DNA of 64,000 bases, taken from Ignavibacteriota bacterium. GTDB lineage: Bacteria > Bacteroidota > Ignavibacteria > Palsa-1295. The notes below the pieces were generated by a model. The model was given only the letters and a program-made list of their open reading frames with translations, did no database searches and was not told where the DNA came from. Positions 1 to 9,498 of this stretch are shown here, piece by piece (position 1 is the stretch's first letter; every line of letters starts with the position of its first letter). The stretch is from assembly GCA_963787835.1 (NCBI GenBank), contig CAWBEI010000003.1, forward strand, positions 256,001 to 320,000, written 5' to 3'. The translations under genes were made by a program, and so were the position numbers.

Positions 1-1
1 G

Positions 2-787
2 AAAGCGAAAACCGAAGCATGGTCTAAACAAGCGAATGTGGAGGAAGTTAAAAACGCTCCGCATGTCGGCATTGGCATCAAGCCTGTTAGCCTGGAAGGA
101 TCGGAGCGCCTTATCGCAGCGGCAATCGAATATGCGCTTCGGCTCAATCGAAAATCGGTGACGATCGTGCATAAGGGCAATATCATGAAATTCACAGAAG
201 GCGCATTCCGCGACTGGGGTTATAAAATGGCGAAAGAGCGCTTTGGCGATAAAGTCTTCACCTGGGCCGAATGGGAGGATCAGAAAAAAGCATTTGGCGA
301 GCAACAAGCGAATGAGCTTCAGAAAAAACGCCTGGCTGAAGGTGCGTTGCTCATCAAGGATGCCATTGCCGACATCACGCTTCAGCAAGTTCTGACACGT
401 CCCGAAGATTTCGATGTGATCGCCACGCTTAATCTCAATGGCGATTATCTTTCGGATGCGCTTGCCGCACAGGTTGGCGGAATCGGCATTGCGCCGGGAG
501 CGAATATCAATTACGTTACCGGCGCTGCGATCTTTGAAGCAACGCACGGTACGGCACCGAAATATGCTAATCTGGATAAGGTAAATCCCGGTTCGGTGAT
601 TCTTTCCGGCGAGATGATGCTGCGTTACATGGGCTGGGGCGAAGCCGCCGATCTCATTATTCGTGGGCTCGATTCCGCTATCGGCTCCAAGCGCGTCACC
701 TACGACTTTGCCCGCCAAATGGATGGCGCACAAGAGATCAAGACGAGTGAGTTCGGGGATGAGATTATCAAAAGGATGATTGTCTGA
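2..787 (+). CDS. icd: NADP-dependent isocitrate dehydrogenase (5'-truncated by window edge)
   Basis: Motifs [31 protein letters not shown] and [12 protein letters not shown]. The frame is open from the window start. Confidence 0.97.
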   Translation, partial: KAKTEAWSKQANVEEVKNAPHVGIGIKPVSLEGSERLIAAAIEYALRLNRKSVTIVHKGNIMKFTEGAFRDWGYKMAKERFGDKVFTWAEWEDQKKAFGEQQANELQKKRLAEGALLIKDAIADITLQQVLTRPEDFDVIATLNLNGDYLSDALAAQVGGIGIAPGANINYVTGAAIFEATHGTAPKYANLDKVNPGSVILSGEMMLRYMGWGEAADLIIRGLDSAIGSKRVTYDFARQMDGAQEIKTSEFGDEIIKRMIV

Positions 788-827
788 ACCGTGATTATGG
801 GATTATTAAGATTTATGAGATTTTGAT

Positions 828-878
828 TGTCATTCCCGCGAAAAGCCTGCCCTCGACCTGATCGAGGGCGGGAATCCA
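828..878. repeat. GTCATTCCCGCG-type REP-like palindrome with nested inner hairpin
   Basis: TGTCATTCCCGCGAAAAG-[CCTGCCCTCGACCTGATCGAGG]-GCGGGAATCCA; same family as 16133-16214. Confidence 0.8.
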
Positions 879-954
879 TTCAGACTATCTCACTTCCATC
901 CACTCACCACGCTGATTGAGGAACGCATATGATCGTACTTCAGGTTTGGAGATC

Positions 955-1992
955 ATGCGAAAAGTGTCTATTTTCGTTTTGCTTCTCTTCCCCCTGATCG
1001 AGGGATGTTTTCTCAATGTTGACGGTCCCCAAGCTCCAGCAATCGAAACGGTCAATTGCATTAAATGGAGCTCGGATGGCTCCATGCTCGTTGCTTTTCG
1101 AACCAAACCCTACGATTCTGCTGGAGAAACATTAAGCCATTCTTTCATTGATGTTTATAATCAAACTGGAACGCTTGTTAGCACTACGCCTATCAACTCC
1201 GCATTTCTTGCCCCAATTGAGATCACCGATGATGGGAAGCATTTCATTTTCTGGGATCTCAGAACAAACTCAAACGAATCTCTGAAATTTGGAACACTTG
1301 GAGATCCCGTTCTGACTCCTGTCGGGGCTCAAGGAGATTCCTCACTGAAACTTGAATGGAAGGCAGAGATGGATGCCATGTCACCTTCAGGCCATCTTAT
1401 GATTAGCGACAAAAGTAACGGTTCCGGTATCGATGGAGCGCCTGTTACTTATTTTCTTACGTATTTCAATGGAGGAACCTTCCGGGAAATGCACCAATGG
1501 AATTCACATTGGGTCGGAACTTACTATGGCGCGACAATCTTGAATGACAGCCTGTTTTCGATCTGTGAGAACATTGGAGGCAACAATGTTTTCTCGGTCT
1601 ATGATACTTCGCTGAATCTCATTTATCGTGTGCCCATGTCTCCGCAAGGAACGCTTGGCATAGGTTATGCTCAAAGCCTTAATTCTATAGTTGCTGCCGG
1701 AAATTGGAATGGACCAAGTGGCACCGTAAATTTAATCAACCTCACCAGCGGTCAAACCCAAAAAGTGCTTGATTGGCCTGGCAACGGCATGAATGCCGCT
1801 CCAGATGGCTTCCATGTTGTTTATCCTTATGTCGGAGTCAAGGTTCGGAATCTTAGCACAAACATTGAGAAGGACATCGCTTCCGACGTCCCTGTCATAG
1901 AGCTTTTTAGTCCTGACGCTCAGACCGTTGCCTACGTACCACTCAATAATGAAGCGATTGTGAAGTTCGCACCTGTGAATGGACTTCCGTAG
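955..1992 (+). CDS. Predicted lipoprotein, TolB/WD40-like beta-propeller
   Basis: Signal peptide ends in LIEG-C. Propeller-like motifs WSSDG, ITDDG, SPSG, APDG and FSPDA. ATG at 955 follows GGAGA. Confidence 0.7.
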   Translation: MRKVSIFVLLLFPLIEGCFLNVDGPQAPAIETVNCIKWSSDGSMLVAFRTKPYDSAGETLSHSFIDVYNQTGTLVSTTPINSAFLAPIEITDDGKHFIFWDLRTNSNESLKFGTLGDPVLTPVGAQGDSSLKLEWKAEMDAMSPSGHLMISDKSNGSGIDGAPVTYFLTYFNGGTFREMHQWNSHWVGTYYGATILNDSLFSICENIGGNNVFSVYDTSLNLIYRVPMSPQGTLGIGYAQSLNSIVAAGNWNGPSGTVNLINLTSGQTQKVLDWPGNGMNAAPDGFHVVYPYVGVKVRNLSTNIEKDIASDVPVIELFSPDAQTVAYVPLNNEAIVKFAPVNGLP

Positions 1993-2003
1993 CGTTCAAA
2001 TTT

Positions 2004-2741
2004 TTAATGTTCCAGCGCCCAGATGACGATATTCGTTCCGAAACGCAACGCTTCCTGACGTTTTTCTTCGGGGTCGCCGTGGACATCTGGGTCGTCCCAG
2101 CCATCGCTGGGATTGGATTGATAGGTGTAGAATACACAGAGCCGACCATTGCTAAAAAGCCCGAAACCCTGCGGTGGTTTGCCATCGTGCTCATGAGTTT
2201 TCGGTACGCCGTTCGGAAAATCGAAATGGCAATGATAGAGGCCATAAGAAAATGGCAGTTCCTGAAGATTTTGCTCGGGAAATACTTTCTTTAATTCGCC
2301 ACGGATAGTGGTGTCAAGACCGTAATCGTCGTCGATATAGAGAAACCCTCCGGCATCACAATAGGCGCGCAGGCGTTTAGCCTCCATGTCTGAAAAATCG
2401 ACACGGCCATGACCAGTCATGAAGAGAAAAGGGTAATTAAAAATTTCATCGCTCGCTATATCGACGGAGAAATACGTTGGATCGACATCGATATTCGTAT
2501 TTTCGTGAAGAAATTTGAGCAGATTTGGCTCTTCGGACTGACCATTATACCAATCGCTGCCGCCCTCGTATTTAAGACGCGCGATGCGAAATTGTGAACC
2601 CGTCCTGTTTATAGACGTTGGAAAAGAACTGACCTGTGCAAATGCATTCGCTGGATGGTCAATCATCCACGAAAGCATCAGAACCCCGAAACCGATTGTA
2701 ACAAAAATTGACCTATTGAAAAACCGAGCGACCATACTCAT
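2004..2741 (-). CDS. DUF4159 family protein
   Basis: IARLKYEGGSDWY, YPFLFMTGHG, GGFLYIDDDYG and ALRFGTNI are typical of DUF4159. Confidence 0.88.
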   Translation of the reverse strand: MSMVARFFNRSIFVTIGFGVLMLSWMIDHPANAFAQVSSFPTSINRTGSQFRIARLKYEGGSDWYNGQSEEPNLLKFLHENTNIDVDPTYFSVDIASDEIFNYPFLFMTGHGRVDFSDMEAKRLRAYCDAGGFLYIDDDYGLDTTIRGELKKVFPEQNLQELPFSYGLYHCHFDFPNGVPKTHEHDGKPPQGFGLFSNGRLCVFYTYQSNPSDGWDDPDVHGDPEEKRQEALRFGTNIVIWALEH

Positions 2742-2763
2742 TCCAAACGAGAAGAAGGCGGGT

Positions 2764-5055
2764 TTGTTCCTGGACGGGCTTAGCTCATGGGCGGCCTTTG
2801 GGATTTATGTACTCTTCATGATCGCCGTTTATTGGCCGGTATTTCTTGGTCAGCGGTTCTTTTGGGAGGACTTTTTCATCCAGGAGTATCCCATTCGGGA
2901 GTTCTGCTTCTATATTGTGCGCGTTCAACATACGCTTCCATTTTGGAATCCGTATTCCTGGGCGTGGTCGCCACTATTGGCAGATGCACAATCCGGGTTT
3001 TGGTATCCTACCAATCTCCTGCAAATAGCAATTACCTGGCTTACGATACCACAATCAGTACATTTGCCAGTCCTCGTGCCTGAAACGATGACGCTGTTGC
3101 ATTTGCCTCTGGCTGCACTCGGGGTATTCGTATTGCTCAAAAGAGAATTTCGTGTGGCAGGAGCAGCAGCGCTGCTTGCAGGATTATGCTGGGGTTTCGG
3201 AGTGCGAATGGCCGCTGAGCAAAATCATTCCATGCAGATCTTGCAGCTTGCATTACTTCCATGGGAAACATTATTGCTAATGAGCGCATGGAAGTCCTGG
3301 CGTTATGCCATAGGGCTCGGACTTTTGTTTGGCATCAGCTTCTTTGCAGGCCAGCCGCAGACGTTCTTCTTCATCGCCATTTTCCTTGGCACATTCACGG
3401 TCGCTGAATCGCTGAAACGATGGCGAACGAAAAGCTCTTTTCGAGAATCTTCAGCACCTTTGTTGTACCTCGCTCTCGGGATGATTGTTGCTGTTGGAAT
3501 TACCGCGATCCAACTTCTGCCCTCGATGGAATTGGTTGCGTTGTCTGCTCGGAATCACCTGGATTTCCTTGAAGCAAACACTGGCGCGATCCATCTCGGG
3601 CATTTTATTGATTTCTTCGTTCCAAAATTCTACGGTGAATATCCAGGATTCAATATCCCATTTAGTCCGATCGTAAACGATCACTATTGGTATTGGGAAG
3701 CGACGTATTATTGGAGCGCAGTTGCGGAGATAATCGCGCTTTTTGCAGTCATGAACCTATGGAGGAATCGGCGGAATAAAGATCCCAAATCGAGACATAT
3801 CTTTTTTATTGTTGTATTTTCCATCTTTGCGTTAGGATATGGGATGGGGCATTATTTCATCTTCTATTGGCCGATCTGGCGATTCATACCGTTATTTGAT
3901 CACTTCCGCGCACCGAACAGGATGATCTGGTTCCTTTGGTTTTTAGGCACGATCATGGCTGGCATTGGACTCGATATTCTATTTCGTGATCCAGAAGAGA
4001 TCCGTCACCGCAAACGATATTTTTATTGGGCGAGTGGCATCTTTGTTGGCATAAATCTGATCGCGATGTTCGGTCTGATCGACCTCTTCTTCAAGCCATA
4101 CACTGTGCGTGCGGGTATCTGGATAATTGTGCTTTCATCTTTAATTGCAAGCGTGCTATCAGGTATTTTCTTCTTCGCAATCACGAAAAAATGGCTCCCA
4201 CAGTGGGTTGTTGTACTTTGTGCGATAATCTTGATCGCTGGCGATCTGTATTATAACGATTTTACCTGGCACCGAAATACGGTTAATCGAGAGACGGTCG
4301 TTGCACAAGATTCCTCGAGCGCGCCGCTTCAAAGATTCCGATCGATTCACAGCACGGACCATTCGAAGCTTCTCGTACTGTATCCCGATTCCATCCGCAA
4401 GATGAAGGCTAACCTGGGAATGTTCCTGCGAGAACCGATCGAGTACGCCGAAAATTTGGATAATCTTCTGAATGTGAATCCGCTTCGACTTGACCGGTCA
4501 ATTCCCTTAGTCACGGACAGCATAAAGCGTATGGACATCATGGGTGTTGCTACAAAGCTGACATGCGACACGCTCGAAACCGAATTGCAACAGCATCTTC
4601 CATTCTTAAAGCTCTATCACCATTGGAGATTCTCATCCGGAAATAATGACAGCATTATACTGAACGATACAAGCTTCGATTTCACGAAGGAGATATTGCT
4701 TTCTGGATATCCGGCATTAACTGCGGAGATTAAACCACTCGAAGACACCATAGTGCTTGCGGAATATTCAGAGAATCATTTAAAAATAAATGTCGCGACT
4801 TCGCAAGGCTCGGTATTGCTTGTGAACGATCTGTATTACCCAGCCTGGCGAGCCGCAGTCGATGGCAAGGACACGAAAATCCTTCGCGCCTTTACCAGTT
4901 TGCGGGCCATACCTATCACCGCAGGTACTCATGTTGTTGAACTGCGGTATGAAAGCGCCACCTTCGATCTCGGTTGGAAAATAACACTCGGAACGCTGGC
5001 TTTCTCAATAATTGCCCTTTTTATACCCAAAAAACAGAAGAACCCCGACGTATGA
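2764..5055 (+). CDS. YfhO-like multi-pass membrane protein (GT-C-like)
   Basis: PFWNPY...PLLADAQSGFWYP, LLPSMEL, FRAPNR and C-terminal DLYYPAWRAAVDG. The start is uncertain: the ORF is open from 2584, and TTG at 2764 was chosen to avoid overlap with the divergent gene. Confidence 0.85.
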   Translation: MFLDGLSSWAAFGIYVLFMIAVYWPVFLGQRFFWEDFFIQEYPIREFCFYIVRVQHTLPFWNPYSWAWSPLLADAQSGFWYPTNLLQIAITWLTIPQSVHLPVLVPETMTLLHLPLAALGVFVLLKREFRVAGAAALLAGLCWGFGVRMAAEQNHSMQILQLALLPWETLLLMSAWKSWRYAIGLGLLFGISFFAGQPQTFFFIAIFLGTFTVAESLKRWRTKSSFRESSAPLLYLALGMIVAVGITAIQLLPSMELVALSARNHLDFLEANTGAIHLGHFIDFFVPKFYGEYPGFNIPFSPIVNDHYWYWEATYYWSAVAEIIALFAVMNLWRNRRNKDPKSRHIFFIVVFSIFALGYGMGHYFIFYWPIWRFIPLFDHFRAPNRMIWFLWFLGTIMAGIGLDILFRDPEEIRHRKRYFYWASGIFVGINLIAMFGLIDLFFKPYTVRAGIWIIVLSSLIASVLSGIFFFAITKKWLPQWVVVLCAIILIAGDLYYNDFTWHRNTVNRETVVAQDSSSAPLQRFRSIHSTDHSKLLVLYPDSIRKMKANLGMFLREPIEYAENLDNLLNVNPLRLDRSIPLVTDSIKRMDIMGVATKLTCDTLETELQQHLPFLKLYHHWRFSSGNNDSIILNDTSFDFTKEILLSGYPALTAEIKPLEDTIVLAEYSENHLKINVATSQGSVLLVNDLYYPAWRAAVDGKDTKILRAFTSLRAIPITAGTHVVELRYESATFDLGWKITLGTLAFSIIALFIPKKQKNPDV

Positions 5056-5190
5056 GTGATCATCGACGATGATCACTCATACTAACGGGGTTCCTCGATC
5101 TAAAGTAAGGTGAGGCTCACTTATAGAAAGTGCAGACCGGATGAGCAATCGTGATCGCTCACAGGAAGTCTGCGATTCCAGATTCGTAAA
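5030..5190 (-). ncRNA. Candidate structured small RNA ending in an intrinsic terminator
   Basis: Nested stems AUCUGGA/UUUAGAU, GCAGAC/GUCUGC and UGAGCGAUC/GAUUGCUCA, then a GAACCCCG/CGGGGUUC stem enclosing a 16-bp hairpin, followed by a U tract. Confidence 0.45.
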
Positions 5191-5255
5191 CACTTTTTTA
5201 AAGCAAAAACATCCCATAGAAAATTTCTTCACTATTGATTTTCGCAGAACTTGCA

Positions 5256-6731
5256 TTATTCTTTCGTCAGCTTTAACAGGCTTGTTTTGCCATTATTTTG
5301 ATCGACAACTTGCAAGAAATAATTACCCGCCGCCACGTTCCTAAGCGGCAGATCAACATTATTAGTGCCAGCAATTACCGGTCGAGTAATTGCACTTATC
5401 GCGCTTCCTTGTTCATCGAACAAAGTGATTACTACTATGGAAGCTTCGTTATAATTCACATGGAGCGTGGCCTCATTTGCCACCGAGGGGTTCGGAAAAA
5501 TCAAGGCGTTTAATTCATTCTTCGTCGCACTCGCAACATCGGAGTTAAATGATTTGTAATAATAAAACGTGCGGCTATAATTATGAGGGATAGTATAATT
5601 GCCATAGACCGTTGAATCCAGATATTCGGTGAGGTTGTTGTCAGCATCATAGGTTTCCAAAACTTCCTCCTCCCCTGCCCAGCCGCTGCTTGTGCTATCC
5701 CCAGAATAAAGTATTTCTTTGATATTGTTCCCTCTGCTGTCGATGGAATAAATGTATTCATTTTGTGGGACACGAAGGTTTCCATTCCAGTACGAATGTT
5801 CCTCTGAAAGTAGATAACCACCGCTATCGATTATTACATCCTCCCACGATGTATCGAAGGAAACCGTTGAGGAGTTCCAGCCTTCATCAATCGTAATATA
5901 GAAAATGTTGGGAAGATACAACTCGATGTTTCTCCATTTCGTAGTCCATTCACTTGTCGTATCATCCCAGAGCGAATACGTTTCTACTTCTGTATCGGCA
6001 TTCGTGCCTTGGGTGTAGGTAAAGACATAGCGATCGTAAACCGCCCATTGACCGGTAGCCGCGATCCAGGCTTGATCGACCTCTTGGGTTTCTTGATTTG
6101 AATCGTTGTAGGTATAAATGGAATTTCCTACGTTTTCCCAGCCAGCGGAATCCCAGTACTGATAGATCACCTCGGTGTTGTTATGATTGGCATCGTAGCT
6201 ATAAATAGAGTTATATGTATCCACCCATTGGTTTGCGACCGTATCCCACGATTGATCCTGTACATCCGTTCTATCTCCGGCAGCGTCGTAGGTTTGCACC
6301 GTTTGAGTTTTGTTACGCCATGCTTCCAGGTAATTTACCCAAGACTGCTGACCGGAGATGAGTTGGTGCCCACTGGCGTCATACGTATAATAATTTAGTG
6401 TGCTGTTTGCCCATTGCTCTACTTGATCCTGGGGATCGGCAGCGGTATTGGAGTAACTGACCAATGCCGTATCATTCGCGTTTGCATCGTAGTAATAACT
6501 TTCTGAATCCTCAGGGTACCAACTGCTATCAACCTCATCGTAACCATCGGTTCGATCCGCAACTGGCCTCCATACCAGCGAAAGCGTTCCCATTCCGGGG
6601 CTATGCAGCTTGATCGGCGCGCTCTGGATATGTGCGTTAGATAGCACTGCGCCCTGAGGCGTGGTCACGGTCTGCGCATTGGCGTTCGAAAAAATGAAGA
6701 GAATCGAAAAACAGAGGAATAGTTTTTTCAT
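5256..6731 (-). CDS. Secreted repeat protein with T9SS type A C-terminal sorting domain
   Basis: Signal peptide MKKLFLCF...ANA-Q, repeated (Y/T)TYDAxxN units, and CTD IFPNP...GNYFLQV...KLTKE. The true start is ATG 6731; the longer ORF overlaps sdhB. Confidence 0.85.
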   Translation of the reverse strand: MKKLFLCFSILFIFSNANAQTVTTPQGAVLSNAHIQSAPIKLHSPGMGTLSLVWRPVADRTDGYDEVDSSWYPEDSESYYYDANANDTALVSYSNTAADPQDQVEQWANSTLNYYTYDASGHQLISGQQSWVNYLEAWRNKTQTVQTYDAAGDRTDVQDQSWDTVANQWVDTYNSIYSYDANHNNTEVIYQYWDSAGWENVGNSIYTYNDSNQETQEVDQAWIAATGQWAVYDRYVFTYTQGTNADTEVETYSLWDDTTSEWTTKWRNIELYLPNIFYITIDEGWNSSTVSFDTSWEDVIIDSGGYLLSEEHSYWNGNLRVPQNEYIYSIDSRGNNIKEILYSGDSTSSGWAGEEEVLETYDADNNLTEYLDSTVYGNYTIPHNYSRTFYYYKSFNSDVASATKNELNALIFPNPSVANEATLHVNYNEASIVVITLFDEQGSAISAITRPVIAGTNNVDLPLRNVAAGNYFLQVVDQNNGKTSLLKLTKE

Positions 6732-6769
6732 CGGGGTACGTGTTTGGGGATTAGGTAAGAATGATGAAG

Positions 6770-7477
6770 TTATAATTCCAAACTCACCAGCGCCTTCTTT
6801 ACCTGTGAGATATGCCAGGTAATATTTATTTCTTTCGGGCAGGCTTCCACGCAATTGAAGATGGTATGGCAGCGCCAGACTCCATCGGGTGAGTCTATGG
6901 CGGCCATGTGTTCTTCCGGCGCCTCGTCCCGCGTATCGAATGCAAAGCGAAATCCTTTTAATATTGCGGCAGGTCCGAGATAATTTTCGTTCGACCACAG
7001 GGATGGGCAGCTCGTCGTGCAGCATGCGCACATAATGCACTTGGTGGACTCCATCAGCAGTTCCGCATCCGCGTGAGATTGCAGGCGCTCCATTTGTGGC
7101 GGCGGCTCATTTGCTATAAGCCACGGCTTGACCATCTCGTATTTTCGGAAAAAATCTGTCTGATCGACGGCAAGATCTTTAATGATGGGCAAAAATGGCA
7201 ACGGCTCGATAACAATCGGCTTGCTCGTGTTCACATCCTTGAGCAACATAGCACACGCAAGCCCGTTGCGGCCATTGATCCGCATTCCGTCCGAACCGCA
7301 CATACCGTGGGCGCAGGATCGACGGAACGTGAGAGTACCATCGATCTCCCATTTGATTCGGTGCAGGGCATCGAGAATGCGGAATGTCGGGTCGAGATTT
7401 TCAAGTGAGTAGTCCTTGAAATAAGGCTTCTCATCTTTCTCTGGATTGTAGCGTTGAATGCGGAAAGTTGCAGTCAT
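6770..7477 (-). CDS. sdhB: Succinate dehydrogenase/fumarate reductase iron-sulfur subunit
   Basis: FRRSCAHGMCGSDG, CIMCACCTTSCP and CHTIFNCVEACP. Confidence 0.96.
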   Translation of the reverse strand: MTATFRIQRYNPEKDEKPYFKDYSLENLDPTFRILDALHRIKWEIDGTLTFRRSCAHGMCGSDGMRINGRNGLACAMLLKDVNTSKPIVIEPLPFLPIIKDLAVDQTDFFRKYEMVKPWLIANEPPPQMERLQSHADAELLMESTKCIMCACCTTSCPSLWSNENYLGPAAILKGFRFAFDTRDEAPEEHMAAIDSPDGVWRCHTIFNCVEACPKEINITWHISQVKKALVSLEL

Positions 7478-7491
7478 TAATTTTATAAAAA

Positions 7492-8860
7492 TTATATTCT
7501 CACCACCATTGGCACATGCAGCTGCACTGGCTCTAAGCCGCCTTTGCGAAGGCCATGCACCCGGTTCGGGCTTTCGATCTTCAGTCCCGGTTTTACGCGC
7601 TTTTCAAAATCTTCACGGAAGCGTTCGATGGTGAAGTAAACAGGCCACGCGGCGGCTTCGCCTAAAGCACAGATGGTTCGGCCTTCGATATTCTTAGCCA
7701 CGTCGTAAAGCAGATCAATGTCGCCTTCCATTGCCTCTGAAGCCTCGAAGCGGCGCAAAAGTTTTAGCAACCAACCGGTTCCCTCACGGCAAGGAGTACA
7801 CTGTCCGCACGATTCGTGCCAGTAAAACTTTGCAATGCGGGTCAGCACTTTGATGATGTCAGTGTCTTCGTCCATCACCATAATTCCCGCAGTTCCGATA
7901 GCGGACCCAACTTCCTGCAAGTGGTTCGCGTCCATCAGTACGCCTTCGAGTTTATCGCCGCGCAGCGGAGGCATGGAGGAACCTCCGGGAATGACCATCT
8001 TGATCTTCTTCCCGTTCGGCACACCGTCCGCGTGGATGTTGATGATGTCGAGCAATGGTGTTCCCGTTGGGAGTTCATAAATCCCGGGGCGGTTCACATG
8101 ACCGCTTACGCCATAGAGAATCGTTCCAGGCTGCTTTGCATCGCCGATCTTGGAATACGCTTCGCTGCCCATTTTCATGATGGCCGGTACATTGGCGACG
8201 GTTTCGATATTATTGACCGTCGTTGGCATTCCCCACAAACCAAAGTTTGCAGGAAACGGCGGCTTGAACCGTGGATATCCCCGCTTTCCTTCAAGGGAAT
8301 CCAGCATCGCGGTTTCTTCGCCAACGATATATGCTCCGGCACCTTTATGCACCGTAAGCTCGGTGCAGAATTCCACGCCTTCCCCGCTCGGTTTCAAACG
8401 TCTCTTTCATGCGTGGCCCAATGAACCCCTTTGCGTAAGCATCTGCAACCGCACGCTCGACCATCCTGAACCAATGCGCATATTCACCACGAATATAGAT
8501 ATAGGCATGATCGATCTGCATGGCATAGCATCCGATAAGAATGCCCTCGATCATCTGGTGAGGATTAAACTCGAAGATCTGCCGATCCTTGAAAGAGCCG
8601 GGTTCGGATTCATCGCCATTGATGAGAAAATATTTTTTCTTTTCCTTCCCTTTCGGCATGAAGCTCCATTTGAGTCCCGTCGGAAATGCTGCGCCGCCAC
8701 GTCCGCGAAGACCTGATTTTTTTACTTCATCGGTAACCGCCGAAGGCGCCATCGAATACGCTTTTTGCATTGCGTCACGATAACCACCGTTGGCAATGTA
8801 GGTATCAATGTTCCGAAGATTAGGAATATCGGGTAAAACTAATTTTGGAGTCTCAGCCAT
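7492..8860 (-). pseudogene. nuoF: NADH:quinone oxidoreductase subunit F, split by a frameshift (or assembly error) near 8380-8395
   Basis: The N-terminal half ([22 protein letters not shown]) is in 8345-8860. The C-terminal half (GAGAYIVGEETA, ESCGQCTPCREG) is in 7492-8397, a different frame. Confidence 0.9.
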
Positions 8861-8894
8861 CAGATTATTTATCGAAAACTTTTAATTGGTATGC

Positions 8895-9434
8895 TTATCG
8901 GTTTGCCGCTTCCGAAAGCTCCGGCATTTGAGCTACGAATTTCGGCTTGGGAATCTCACCGGTTGCTTTGATGTGGTCAATCACATCTACAGCTTCGTTA
9001 TTCCCGACCTTTTCGAAAAATGTTTCGTTCACTGCCATCATCGGGGCACCGCCGCAGGCACCCATGCACTCGGTTTCTTCGATCGAGAACATGCCATCTG
9101 CGGTGTGTTCCAAATTTTGAATGCCAAGCTTCGCCTTCATTTCATCGAGCAATTTTTCGCCACCTCGAAGCATACAACTTACGTTCGTACAAACCTGCAC
9201 ATGGTACTTCCCCATCGGCTTATCGAAAAACATGGTGTAAAAGCTGACAACACCCTGAACATGGCTTTTGGGCACCTCACACACTGCAGCGGCCTCTTCC
9301 ATTGCCTCGTCATCGAGCCAGCCGCGCTTTTCCTGTAAGCGCCAAAGGACGGGCAACAGCGTTGCCATGGGCTTAGGGTACCGCTTTTGAAGTTCTGCTA
9401 TTTCCTGAAGTTCTGTGTTCGAAAAAATGGACAT
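8895..9434 (-). CDS. nuoE: NADH:quinone oxidoreductase subunit E (2Fe-2S)
   Basis: SFYTMF, VCTNVSCMLRG and ECMGACGGAP. Confidence 0.95.
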   Translation of the reverse strand: MSIFSNTELQEIAELQKRYPKPMATLLPVLWRLQEKRGWLDDEAMEEAAAVCEVPKSHVQGVVSFYTMFFDKPMGKYHVQVCTNVSCMLRGGEKLLDEMKAKLGIQNLEHTADGMFSIEETECMGACGGAPMMAVNETFFEKVGNNEAVDVIDHIKATGEIPKPKFVAQMPELSEAANR

Positions 9435-9498
9435 AATGGGGTCAAGAATAAGTCTTCAGAAATCAAACAGCAAATAAGGACTTCTGGCTCCGCTCTCT

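Noticed and set aside
6732-7040. N-terminal extension of the 594-aa ORF
   Set aside because: It overlaps sdhB in another frame; the signal peptide begins at 6731.
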